Of a stretch of 20,000 nt of DNA, positions 7,968 through 15,075 are shown piece by piece. Every line of letters begins with the position of its first letter. Position 1 is the first letter of the stretch. Source of the stretch: an uncultured virus (IMG/VR IMGVR_UViG_3300031951_000129) (Duplodnaviria; Heunggongvirae; Uroviricota; Caudoviricetes); IMG/VR virus record IMGVR_UViG_3300031951_000129, one strand, 5' to 3'. A program made the translations under genes and the position numbers. The notes beneath the pieces are model-generated. The model searched no databases, was not told the DNA's origin, and was given only the letters and a program-made list of their open reading frames with translations.

Positions 7968-8345
7968 TTAAAGGTCTTCGGCGGGCACCGCTTCGACCGC
8001 CTCGACCGCCTCAACCGGCATTGGCTCAACCGCCTCGACCGGGGTTGGCTCAACCGCTTCGACCGGCGCCGGCTCTATCGGCTTGATTTCCTGCACGGTG
8101 GCCGCCGCCGCCCGCATCGCGGCTTCGCGTTCGGCATTGGTCGTGGCGTCCAGCAGACCTTGCAGGATGCCTGCAGCGAACGCCTTCACGGTCGCTTCCA
8201 TGGCACGGGGATTGCCTTCCGCGTCCGTGCCGTAGTGGCTCTGCGCCAGATAGGCGAGAATACGGGGCGTGTCAGTGTCCGCGATCTGCATGGACACGGT
8301 GAAGTCCATCGTGGAGCCTTTGACGCCAAACGAAAGGTCAGCCAT
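7968..8345 (-). CDS. Hypothetical protein with an acidic Pro/Glu/Val repeat tail
   Basis: The likely start is MADLSFGVKG at 8345 (AAGGA RBS; ATGGCTGA overlap with the upstream ORF), not 8420. Confidence 0.7.
   Translation of the reverse strand: MADLSFGVKGSTMDFTVSMQIADTDTPRILAYLAQSHYGTDAEGNPRAMEATVKAFAAGILQGLLDATTNAEREAAMRAAAATVQEIKPIEPAPVEAVEPTPVEAVEPMPVEAVEAVEAVPAEDL
7988..8075 (-). repeat. Tandem 24-nt and 9-nt coding repeats (EPxPVEAV x3, then EAV units)
   Basis: Minus strand ccggtcgaagcggttgagccaacc / ccggtcgaggcggttgagccaatg / ccggttgaggcggtcgaggcggtcgaagcggtg. Confidence 0.85.
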
Positions 8346-8493
8346 TGTCGGTTTCCTTCTGTGCCTGTTCGAGTTTCTGGATGATGGAGATGGCTTCCGG
8401 CACAAGGGCGCGGATGCCAACCGCCTTGGTCCCGGCGTCCATGAGGCCGACGAGAGTTTGAAGTTCTGCGGGGGTCAGTTCGATCTTGAGCAT
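8338..8493 (-). CDS. Small helical protein (51 aa), possible fibre-associated chaperone
   Basis: Read by hand: MLKIELTPAELQTLVGLMDAGTKAVGIRALVPEAISIIQKLEQAQKETDNG. It has a strong RBS (AAGGGAG) and exactly fills the gap between genes. The function is a guess from position. Confidence 0.7.
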   Translation of the reverse strand: MLKIELTPAELQTLVGLMDAGTKAVGIRALVPEAISIIQKLEQAQKETDNG

Positions 8494-8504
8494 GTGGGTC
8501 TCCC

Positions 8505-9452
8505 TTACGGTTCGATTGCGATTTGCTGGGCTGCACCCGTGTTGAATCTAATCATGAGGCGGGTTTTGCCACTTCCGTTGTCTTCAAGGTAAAGCCTACC
8601 CGTGTTGACGGCCCCCGCAGCAGGCGCAGTCTGTTCCGACATCTCAATAAAGCCGCCACCGTTTAACGTGTCTATTATGATTCCGCTGGAAGTAGACCTT
8701 ATTGCTGTGGGCCTCCCGGACGCACTATTTGAACCGAGAGTAAAAGTTCCCCCCACATTGTTTACGTTGAAGTAATCAATTCCGACCACGCGAATGACGA
8801 CTTGCTTGGTCCCGCCAGAGGTCCCTACAGCCGGGTCAATGACGATAGTATTACTTACTGAGGTTGACACTGGCGAACCAATCGTCAGTGTGCGAATGGT
8901 GCCAGTCCCTGCGGCTTCCGGAAAAATATGAAACACGTTCCCGCTCCACCCCATATTGACGCGCTCATAGTTGCTGGCGTCGGTGAAGGTGTTGTAGAGG
9001 CGGAAGGCTTGGGGGTTCACGCCCCGGCGCTGGGCGAGGATGTCGGCGGCGTCACGGGCCAGCAAAAGGTCCGAGGAAACCTCTGGGTCGGTCGCGCTGG
9101 ATGACCATCCGATCAGCCCGCCGGACTTCATAACAAGAGAGCCGGGGCCCCCACTCAGGTTAAACGTAGCGACACGTTTGCCAGTGAGTGTAGCGGTGGC
9201 CAGATCAGAGGCTTCACTGAAAATCATAAGCCCGTATGCGGTCGTATAGATACCGCCGTAAATAGCACCTCCGGTTTGGCGAATGCCCATCGCGCCTGCT
9301 TTTGACACACGGAATTGAGCGTTGCCACCCACCTGCAAGTCCATCAGTAGTGAAGCCGCCGCAGACGCCGTGTCGGTGACGTTCATCTTGATCGCGGTGA
9401 AGGTGGTGGCCCCCTCGTTCCAAGTGTCGGCCAGATCGTAAATCAGTGCCAT
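8505..9452 (-). CDS. Fibre / receptor-binding-like virion protein
   Basis: 315 aa, rich in Gly/Thr/Ser beta-type sequence, with fibre-type segments DLLLARDAADILAQRRGVNPQAFRLYN and RLYLEDNGSGKTRLMIRF. GGAGG RBS. Confidence 0.6.
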   Translation of the reverse strand: MALIYDLADTWNEGATTFTAIKMNVTDTASAAASLLMDLQVGGNAQFRVSKAGAMGIRQTGGAIYGGIYTTAYGLMIFSEASDLATATLTGKRVATFNLSGGPGSLVMKSGGLIGWSSSATDPEVSSDLLLARDAADILAQRRGVNPQAFRLYNTFTDASNYERVNMGWSGNVFHIFPEAAGTGTIRTLTIGSPVSTSVSNTIVIDPAVGTSGGTKQVVIRVVGIDYFNVNNVGGTFTLGSNSASGRPTAIRSTSSGIIIDTLNGGGFIEMSEQTAPAAGAVNTGRLYLEDNGSGKTRLMIRFNTGAAQQIAIEP

Positions 9453-9453
9453 A

Positions 9454-11250
9454 TCACGGCCTCCTTTGAATGGTGCTGCCGAAGCGGTCTTCTACGGTAG
9501 TGAGCGCCCGGTCGTATATGTCGACGGACAGGAGTTCAGGTATCGGCACCCCAGCCTTGGCCCCGGCGAACGCCTCCAGTGCGGTGAGGTCTGCGCCGCT
9601 GGTCAGCGCGCCACGGATCAGGAGGAAGTAGATGTTGCCGTTGAGGGGGAACGTGCCGCCAGAACGCAGCCCAACGTTCAAGGTTTGCGACGAGAAAACT
9701 GTGCCCGCAGCGCCTATTCCAGACGGGTTTTCTCGCTCAACAACCCCGTTCACCCGAGGGGTGATCGCAGTCGATATATTTGCCCCAGTTACGTCAAAAA
9801 CACCTGTAAGGACATTTGTTGTGGGGGCGTTGTAGGTCTGCGGCTGGTAAACATTACTGTTGGTCGGCCCTCTGCAAAGAAACCCATAACCGTCGGCCAG
9901 CGCCCACGGTGCCCAGATACCAAAGGTATTTGCAGTGGATGAGGCGTCCGGCCCAAATTCGGCTAGGCAGTGGAAGTCGTCTGTGTCGTTTTTCCGCACT
10001 CCAACGCAGAGCGTAGCTTGCCCAGTGCCGCTCAGGTTCAACGTCGCCGCCGATGCAAGGCTGTCAGTGGTCCCGTCGAATTTCAGCCAGTGGACAGTCG
10101 GCACGCCCGCCTCTGTAACACCGAGCGCGGAGTTGACACGCTGGTACGCCGTGGCAGTGGAGCCGAGTTCAAGTTGCGGATGCCAGATGGCAATTTGCCC
10201 AAAGCCCGAAGCATTTCGGTCTTGCACATATAGTCCAAATAAGTTGTTAACCGTATCGTGAACCCACGAAGCAGAGTAAAACGTCCACGTGTCCGAAATG
10301 GTTATGCCTGTCATATAGACAGTGCTGGCCGTGTTTGCTCTGAGTTGTAGGTTTGTGTTTCCGCTAATGCGCCGTATCCACAAACCGTTTGTTACAGTGC
10401 CAGAAGTTAAAGCAGCGGAAAGGGTTTGGCCCACGTGGGCGAACTGAGCGCCAAACGTCACAAGTTGGGCGGTGTTCGTCCCATCTGGTGCTGTCGTAGC
10501 CCCGTTTCTGGTTGCCCCCAAAAGGTACAACCACGCCGCATTATCGAACGCCTCGGTATAGGTCAGCAGGTTCCTGACGCCCGTCGAGGGTGCAAAGGCG
10601 TAGATCGGGCGGTTGGCGAGGGTGGATTGCGTCAGGGCGGTGAGGGCGACTTCCTTGACGGAGATGTTGTCGAAATCAATGTAGTCGCTGACGTTTCCAG
10701 AGGTGCTTGAGAAACCAAACTGGACAACCATCGACGTTCCGGTAGCCACATGGACGAAGCTGGCAGAACCAGACGCAGCGGTTCCAAAGCTCCGAGAAAT
10801 GCCGCTGGTGGAGACATGGACATCCCTACCGAACGAGTTGGAATACGAAGCAGTTACCCGATACGCCCTTCCTGCAACAGTCGTGATCGTCTGCTCCGCC
10901 ACAGGGAACGCCCCGGTCGTAGCCTTTGTGACCCGAAGTGTTCCAGACACCCACGACAGGGTGGCGCTCGAAGATGCTGCCCACCCGGTGATGTTGCTGT
11001 CAAACGTCCCATTCGTCACCAACTCGACGTCAGCGCCCCTGCGCTGCCCGAGGATCAAAGCTACGCTCTGCCCGTCCGCCGTGACAGGCGTTGTCCCTGC
11101 GGTGTCAGTGAACATCCGCGACAGGTCGGACGGGTCGAACCAGTCGCCCGCCTCGCCGGATGCGAAAAGAACGGAGGGAGAGTAGACGGCCGCCGCGCCG
11201 CCGCGCAGCAGCGTGCGAAACGGCGACGGCATTCCGAAGGCGCTGCCCAT
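9454..11250 (-). CDS. Multi-domain carbohydrate-binding virion protein (LamG-like with two inserted jelly-roll domains), probable head spike fibre
   Basis: WFDPSDLSRMF...LTQSTLANRPIY...WLKFDGTTDSL...LNVGLRSGGTFPLNGNIY (LamG-like). Inserts ELVTNGTFDSNITGW...FDNISVKEV and RNLLTYTEAFDNAAW...QLELGSTATAYQR. Confidence 0.65.
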   Translation of the reverse strand: MGSAFGMPSPFRTLLRGGAAAVYSPSVLFASGEAGDWFDPSDLSRMFTDTAGTTPVTADGQSVALILGQRRGADVELVTNGTFDSNITGWAASSSATLSWVSGTLRVTKATTGAFPVAEQTITTVAGRAYRVTASYSNSFGRDVHVSTSGISRSFGTAASGSASFVHVATGTSMVVQFGFSSTSGNVSDYIDFDNISVKEVALTALTQSTLANRPIYAFAPSTGVRNLLTYTEAFDNAAWLYLLGATRNGATTAPDGTNTAQLVTFGAQFAHVGQTLSAALTSGTVTNGLWIRRISGNTNLQLRANTASTVYMTGITISDTWTFYSASWVHDTVNNLFGLYVQDRNASGFGQIAIWHPQLELGSTATAYQRVNSALGVTEAGVPTVHWLKFDGTTDSLASAATLNLSGTGQATLCVGVRKNDTDDFHCLAEFGPDASSTANTFGIWAPWALADGYGFLCRGPTNSNVYQPQTYNAPTTNVLTGVFDVTGANISTAITPRVNGVVERENPSGIGAAGTVFSSQTLNVGLRSGGTFPLNGNIYFLLIRGALTSGADLTALEAFAGAKAGVPIPELLSVDIYDRALTTVEDRFGSTIQRRP

Positions 11251-11549
11251 CAGGCGTGGCTCACCACAATCTTGGCCCGGCGGCCGTTGATCGGCGTTGC
11301 GAAGACCCGGTCCGCCGTCGCGGACAGCTGCGCGATGGTCAAGTTCACTTCACCCTGCTTGTCGCTGTCGTCCGGATCCGCGCGGTACTCGAAGCCTGCG
11401 TCGGTCAGCGCAGACGGAGCAGACCCCGTCGTGCACCGGATCTTGACCGCGCCACTGAGCACCTGAAACGTGATGGCCGTGGCGTCGGAGTTCGTAAGCT
11501 CCGTCCAGACCCCGACGGGGCAGGTCACCCTGACTTGGTCTTGCGCCAT
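11250..11549 (-). CDS. Small beta-rich protein, possible head-spike base
   Basis: 99 aa, coupled by a TGATG overlap to the fibre gene. Confidence 0.55.
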   Translation of the reverse strand: MAQDQVRVTCPVGVWTELTNSDATAITFQVLSGAVKIRCTTGSAPSALTDAGFEYRADPDDSDKQGEVNLTIAQLSATADRVFATPINGRRAKIVVSHA

Positions 11550-11551
11550 GG

Positions 11552-11926
11552 TTACACCGCCTTGACCGTCGTGAAGCTGACGACAATCGTGCCGTTGAAG
11601 GCTTGCGCGGAGTCGTGCGCGTTCCGCACGATGACGACGACAGACCCGGCGGCCGGGGTGACGCGGACGATGACCGGCGTACCCTGCGTGTTGGTGCCGT
11701 TGGCCACCGACGCCATCACAATGTCTGCCGCGGCGATGCGGCTGTTCGTGATGGTCAGGGTATAGTTGACGTTCTGGGCAGTCGTCAGCGACTCGCTGGT
11801 GACCTTGCCATGCAGAGCGTTGAGGGTAGCAGCGCCCGCCGTCGCGGTGGCCGTGCCGATGCCCGTGATCGCGCCAACAAAGCCGTTGGTCGACGTCACT
11901 GGGCCAGAAAACGTGGTGGAAGCCAT
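11552..11926 (-). CDS. Conserved virion protein (ASTTFSGPV N-terminus), probably capsid-associated
   Basis: Start ATG 11926 with a GAGG RBS at 11938-11935. Thr/Ala/Val-rich. This N-terminus is commonly seen in the gene following the capsid gene in this phage type. Confidence 0.7.
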   Translation of the reverse strand: MASTTFSGPVTSTNGFVGAITGIGTATATAGAATLNALHGKVTSESLTTAQNVNYTLTITNSRIAAADIVMASVANGTNTQGTPVIVRVTPAAGSVVVIVRNAHDSAQAFNGTIVVSFTTVKAV

Positions 11927-11933
11927 GAAAGGT

Positions 11934-12008
11934 ACCTCATGCACGAGGGTTGGCCGGCAGTCTGTGCATCGTCAGGTGGGCGCCTGTCTGCTCGGCTGAT
12001 GAGCCCAT
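11934..12008 (-). ncRNA. Candidate structured RNA (multi-pseudoknot leader; possibly Mu-gpT-DE-like)
   Basis: Four crossing complementary pairs within ~75 nt and two CAGAC motifs, located just downstream of a predicted promoter and overlapping the RBS. Confidence 0.55.
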
Positions 12009-12014
12009 GGCGCA

Positions 12015-12044
12015 AGTGTAGCACAGCGCCTACGGTGCTGTCTA
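12015..12044 (-). promoter_or_regulatory. Putative sigma70 promoter with extended -10
   Basis: Minus strand TAGACA-18 nt-TACACT with TGn immediately before the -10. Predicted transcription start near 12008. Confidence 0.55.
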
Positions 12045-12890
12045 CGCCCGACGAAAGCTCCACCCGGCGAAGTGTCCTTTACTCAGCGGCCGGCCCGACT
12101 CCAGCGCCCGATGCACTGTTGGAGGGGTCAGGCCGAGCACCGCCCGCAACTCCGTGATCGTAGCGTATGCGGTCTCGGCCCCCGCAGGATCGACCGCTAC
12201 CACCGGTCTCCCCATCTTGGCGCGGGACTCCGCCGTGTGCGTCTTGCCTAGCCAGTGCGTGTTGCCTTTCTGTGCCGCAGACAGTTTGGCGCGGTGTTCC
12301 GCGCTGCGAACGTGCCCCTTAGCATGCTGGTTGCCCTTGGCCGCCGCGGCCATCTTGGCCCGGGTCTCGGGAGACGGAATGAACTTTCCACCCCGGCCCT
12401 CCGCCAGCGCAGCCTGCACCTTAGCGCTGATCTTTTGCTTGGCTTCCTCCGAGTGGGTCTTGCCAGTCCGCGGGTCGTCGACCTCCCATTGCCGCTTGGT
12501 CGCGGCGCGCAGTGCGGCTTTGGCTTCGTCTGATATTGTTTTGCCGTAGCCGGGATGGGCCTCTCCTACCATCCCTCGAAACGGGCTCTTAGCGTACAGC
12601 GACAGATTGCAGCATTTGGGGTCACCCGCGCAGTCTTGCAGTAGCGCTTCTTCGCACGCCTCCATATCGGAGGCGCTCTCGAACTCGGCCAGCACGACAA
12701 ACTGAAATACGGCTTCGCCGTGCTTAGCCCACGTGGCCTGCAGCTTGGGGTTAGGATGCACCCCGGCCCGCAGCTTCTTCCTATGCGTCCGCCACCGCTC
12801 GTACAGGTTCGTGCTGCTTCCGACGTAATAGGAACCGCTGACCGTGTTGACGATCCGGTATACGGCGATCTTTTTGTTAGGGGTGGTCAC
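12042..12890 (-). CDS. Free-standing GIY-YIG homing endonuclease with NUMOD3 repeats (Seg / I-TevI-like)
   Basis: AVYRIVNTVSGSYYVGSS motif, conserved R (ERWRTH), E (CEEALL) and N (CNL). About five NUMOD3-like units (e.g. GKTHSEEAKQKIS, GKTHTAESRAKM) and a C-terminal HTH-like segment. GTG start with AGGAG RBS. Confidence 0.9.
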   Translation of the reverse strand: MTTPNKKIAVYRIVNTVSGSYYVGSSTNLYERWRTHRKKLRAGVHPNPKLQATWAKHGEAVFQFVVLAEFESASDMEACEEALLQDCAGDPKCCNLSLYAKSPFRGMVGEAHPGYGKTISDEAKAALRAATKRQWEVDDPRTGKTHSEEAKQKISAKVQAALAEGRGGKFIPSPETRAKMAAAAKGNQHAKGHVRSAEHRAKLSAAQKGNTHWLGKTHTAESRAKMGRPVVAVDPAGAETAYATITELRAVLGLTPPTVHRALESGRPLSKGHFAGWSFRRA

Positions 12891-12954
12891 AGTTTGCTCC
12901 TACACAAAGCTATATGTCGATATAGGTAGCTTGTAAAATCCTTGTAGTCAACCC

Positions 12955-12983
12955 AAAAGAAAAGGCCCGCCGGAGCGGGCCTT
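12955..12983 (-). terminator. Rho-independent terminator after the major capsid gene
   Basis: Minus strand AAGGCCCGC-TCCG-GCGGGCCTT followed by TTCTTTT: a 9-bp stem with a cUCCGg (UNCG) tetraloop. Confidence 0.9.
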
Positions 12984-13006
12984 AACTACTTGATTTTTCT
13001 TGTAAC

Positions 13007-13915
13007 TCATGCCCCCTGAGTGCCGTACATGCCCAGCGGATCGCTCACGCCGAATGAGTAACGCTCGCGTGCCTTGTACCGGACGTTTCCGCTGTCGAAA
13101 TCGCCCTCCATGGCCGTCTGCATCGCCACGCGGACGAAGTGCTTCATGCCGTTGGGGACGTCGGTCGTGAGGAACCACGCATCGTCATCGGTCAGGTAGT
13201 GGTTGACGCGATAGCCCTGCGGGATCGACCCGTTCGACTTCAGCGCGTTGATGTCGTTGTCCGCCGTGCCGACCCGCATTTCAGTCTGCAGGAGGCGCGT
13301 GGCGACGAACATCAACGCCGGGGGGACGATCAGCTTGCGCGGACGGGCAGCGATGAGCAGCCCGCGCTCGTCCTTGAACGCCGCGATGTCGATCACAGCC
13401 TGTTCGAGAGAGGTCTCGTTCAGGTCGGAGTCGGCCGCGGGGCGGTTGGCGTTGGTGACACCGGACACGGTCGGGTGGGCCGTGTTGAACAGCGTCACGT
13501 TGTCCCCTGAGAGGAACGTGCTGAACCCGGTGTTCAGGAGCGACGCCGCCTTGACCTGCTTGGTGTAGGCCATGCCGCGCGCCAGCGCCTTGGTGTACCG
13601 GGCCGAGAGCGAGTCATAGAGGTTGTCCTCCATGGCTTCCTCGGTGATCGAGAAGCCCATCGCGACGGTCTCGTGGTTGTACCGCGCGGTGAACGACTCT
13701 TGCGCCGTGTCGTAGGTGATGGACGCGCCTTCCGTCTTCACCGGTGCCGCGCCGAAGCCCGACAGCTTGACTTCTTCCTCGAAGCTGCGCTCCGAGTTTT
13801 CAGTCTCGTAGATCTCCGCATGCTCGTTTTCGTACTTGCCGTACTCAAGACCGAACAGTGCGTTGAGGCCCGGGAGGAGTTCCTTGAGGGCCTGTGCGCG
13901 AGAGATAGTTGCCAT
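13007..13915 (-). CDS. Major capsid protein (HK97 fold, Mu gpT-like family)
   Basis: MATISRAQALKELLPGLNALFGLEY...SERSFEEEVKLSGFG...ITEEAMEDNLY...KLIVPPAL...DFDSGNVRYKARERYSFG. Strong AAGGAGG RBS, followed by a terminator. Confidence 0.92.
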   Translation of the reverse strand: MATISRAQALKELLPGLNALFGLEYGKYENEHAEIYETENSERSFEEEVKLSGFGAAPVKTEGASITYDTAQESFTARYNHETVAMGFSITEEAMEDNLYDSLSARYTKALARGMAYTKQVKAASLLNTGFSTFLSGDNVTLFNTAHPTVSGVTNANRPAADSDLNETSLEQAVIDIAAFKDERGLLIAARPRKLIVPPALMFVATRLLQTEMRVGTADNDINALKSNGSIPQGYRVNHYLTDDDAWFLTTDVPNGMKHFVRVAMQTAMEGDFDSGNVRYKARERYSFGVSDPLGMYGTQGA

Positions 13916-13928
13916 TCAGGTACCCTCC

Positions 13929-14591
13929 TTAGATGCCAAGCGGGTTGGTGTACGAGTGGACACCGACGTTGAGCTTGACGTGGAACTCGGGGTAGGTGTC
14001 GGTCTGCGTGCCGGGCTCGAACCCGACAATGCGAACCGCCAGCGTCGACGTGACCGCGAGGCTGCCGCCGTTGGTACCGACCAGAAGCCGCACGCCAGAG
14101 TTGCCCGTCGTGGTGCTGCCCGCGGTGTTGAAGTCCAACGCCGCGTTCTTGCCGATGGCACCGGGCCAGCCGGAACCGGCCGTACCGGAGTTGAAGGTAC
14201 CGAGGGCAGCGGTGCCCTTGACCTTGAACACGGCATAGGGGTCGTCGCACACCATCACCCACACATCGGTGGCGCCGCCAGTGACGAGGCCGGCCGGAAG
14301 GTAGTGATTGTGCACGAGTTGGCCCGTCTGCGAGATGTACCGCGCGCCGACGCAAACACCGACGATGCCGGCGGTGGCGTTGGACGACGTGGACGGGATG
14401 TTGATCGCGACGGGGGTGGAGCTGACAGCCGCAGGCTGTCCAGCCGTGGTAAGGGCGACGAGGTCTCCGTTGAAGATCGCCGCGGCGTTGTTCGCCGCGA
14501 CCCGAAACTCACGGATGGTCCCGCCGTTGGAAGCACGACCCGCGAGGTTGTTCACCATCTGGAGGCCGTAGGGAGTGGCGAACGATGCCAT
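13929..14591 (-). CDS. Capsid decoration / minor capsid protein (putative)
   Basis: 220 aa, Gly/Ala/Thr-rich, with IFNGDLV and VCDDPYAVF motifs. It lies immediately upstream of the MCP and has a strong RBS. Confidence 0.6.
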   Translation of the reverse strand: MASFATPYGLQMVNNLAGRASNGGTIREFRVAANNAAAIFNGDLVALTTAGQPAAVSSTPVAINIPSTSSNATAGIVGVCVGARYISQTGQLVHNHYLPAGLVTGGATDVWVMVCDDPYAVFKVKGTAALGTFNSGTAGSGWPGAIGKNAALDFNTAGSTTTGNSGVRLLVGTNGGSLAVTSTLAVRIVGFEPGTQTDTYPEFHVKLNVGVHSYTNPLGI

Positions 14592-14628
14592 TTCTCTCTC
14601 CTTCGAGCGTGAGGGTCACCGGCAAGGG

Positions 14629-15075
14629 CTACTTGCCGAACTGCGTGGTGCGCGTGGACCGCTCGGGGCGAAGAACCGGCATACGCGGGTCGGACTCACG
14701 CAGGAAGTTGTTGTCGACGGCTTGCATCTGGACGTTTGCCTGCTCCAGCTGGCCTTCGACGCGCTCCATGACGCGTTCCTCGGGGATACTGCAGAGCAGC
14801 AAGCCCCCGACTTCGATGTTCCCCTTGAACCGCGAGTCCAAGTCGGAAAGGATTTTCAGCTCGGGGAAGTCTTCGGCACGGACCGGGGTATACCCTTCGC
14901 GCATGCGCTTCGAGACGTTGATGTTGTCAGTCTGACCCAGTGTGGAGGTGCGCACCCAACGGAACTTGAGTCCGTCACGCGGTGCGGGGGTCGGAAGCAA
15001 CTCAGCCTTGGACCACGGCTTTTTACGCTCGGTGGCCTCTCTCGTCTGCAGATCACGGGGGGTACGGTCAGCCAT
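14629..15075 (-). CDS. Conserved head-cluster hypothetical protein
   Basis: Start MADRTPR at 15075 (AAGGAG RBS, ATGGCTGA overlap). Motifs FRWVRTS...REGYTPV...IEVGGLLLC. Confidence 0.75.
   Translation of the reverse strand: MADRTPRDLQTREATERKKPWSKAELLPTPAPRDGLKFRWVRTSTLGQTDNINVSKRMREGYTPVRAEDFPELKILSDLDSRFKGNIEVGGLLLCSIPEERVMERVEGQLEQANVQMQAVDNNFLRESDPRMPVLRPERSTRTTQFGK

Noticed and set aside
7988..8075. CRISPR-like array
   Set aside because: The repeats are contiguous, in frame and lack unique spacers.
3450..11250. Diversity-generating retroelement target/template repeats in the fibre genes
   Set aside because: There is no reverse transcriptase in the window, and no near-identical repeat pair differing only at adenines was noticed.
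11969..12056. Hammerhead ribozyme (CUGAUGA on plus 11996-12002; CUGACGA on minus 11975-11969)
   Set aside because: On the plus strand the nearest GAAA (about 12053) does not close a stem II. On the minus strand the stem is followed by GAGG rather than GAAA. The catalytic core cannot be completed.
12042..12890. Group I intron housing the endonuclease
   Set aside because: The flanking genes are intact, the flanks are too short for an intron core and no P7-type motifs were seen.
12948..13178. Frameshifted capsid extension (T7 10B-like) via the overlapping 76-aa ORF
   Set aside because: There is only a G run at the MCP end and no canonical slippery heptamer, and the extension would run through the terminator.
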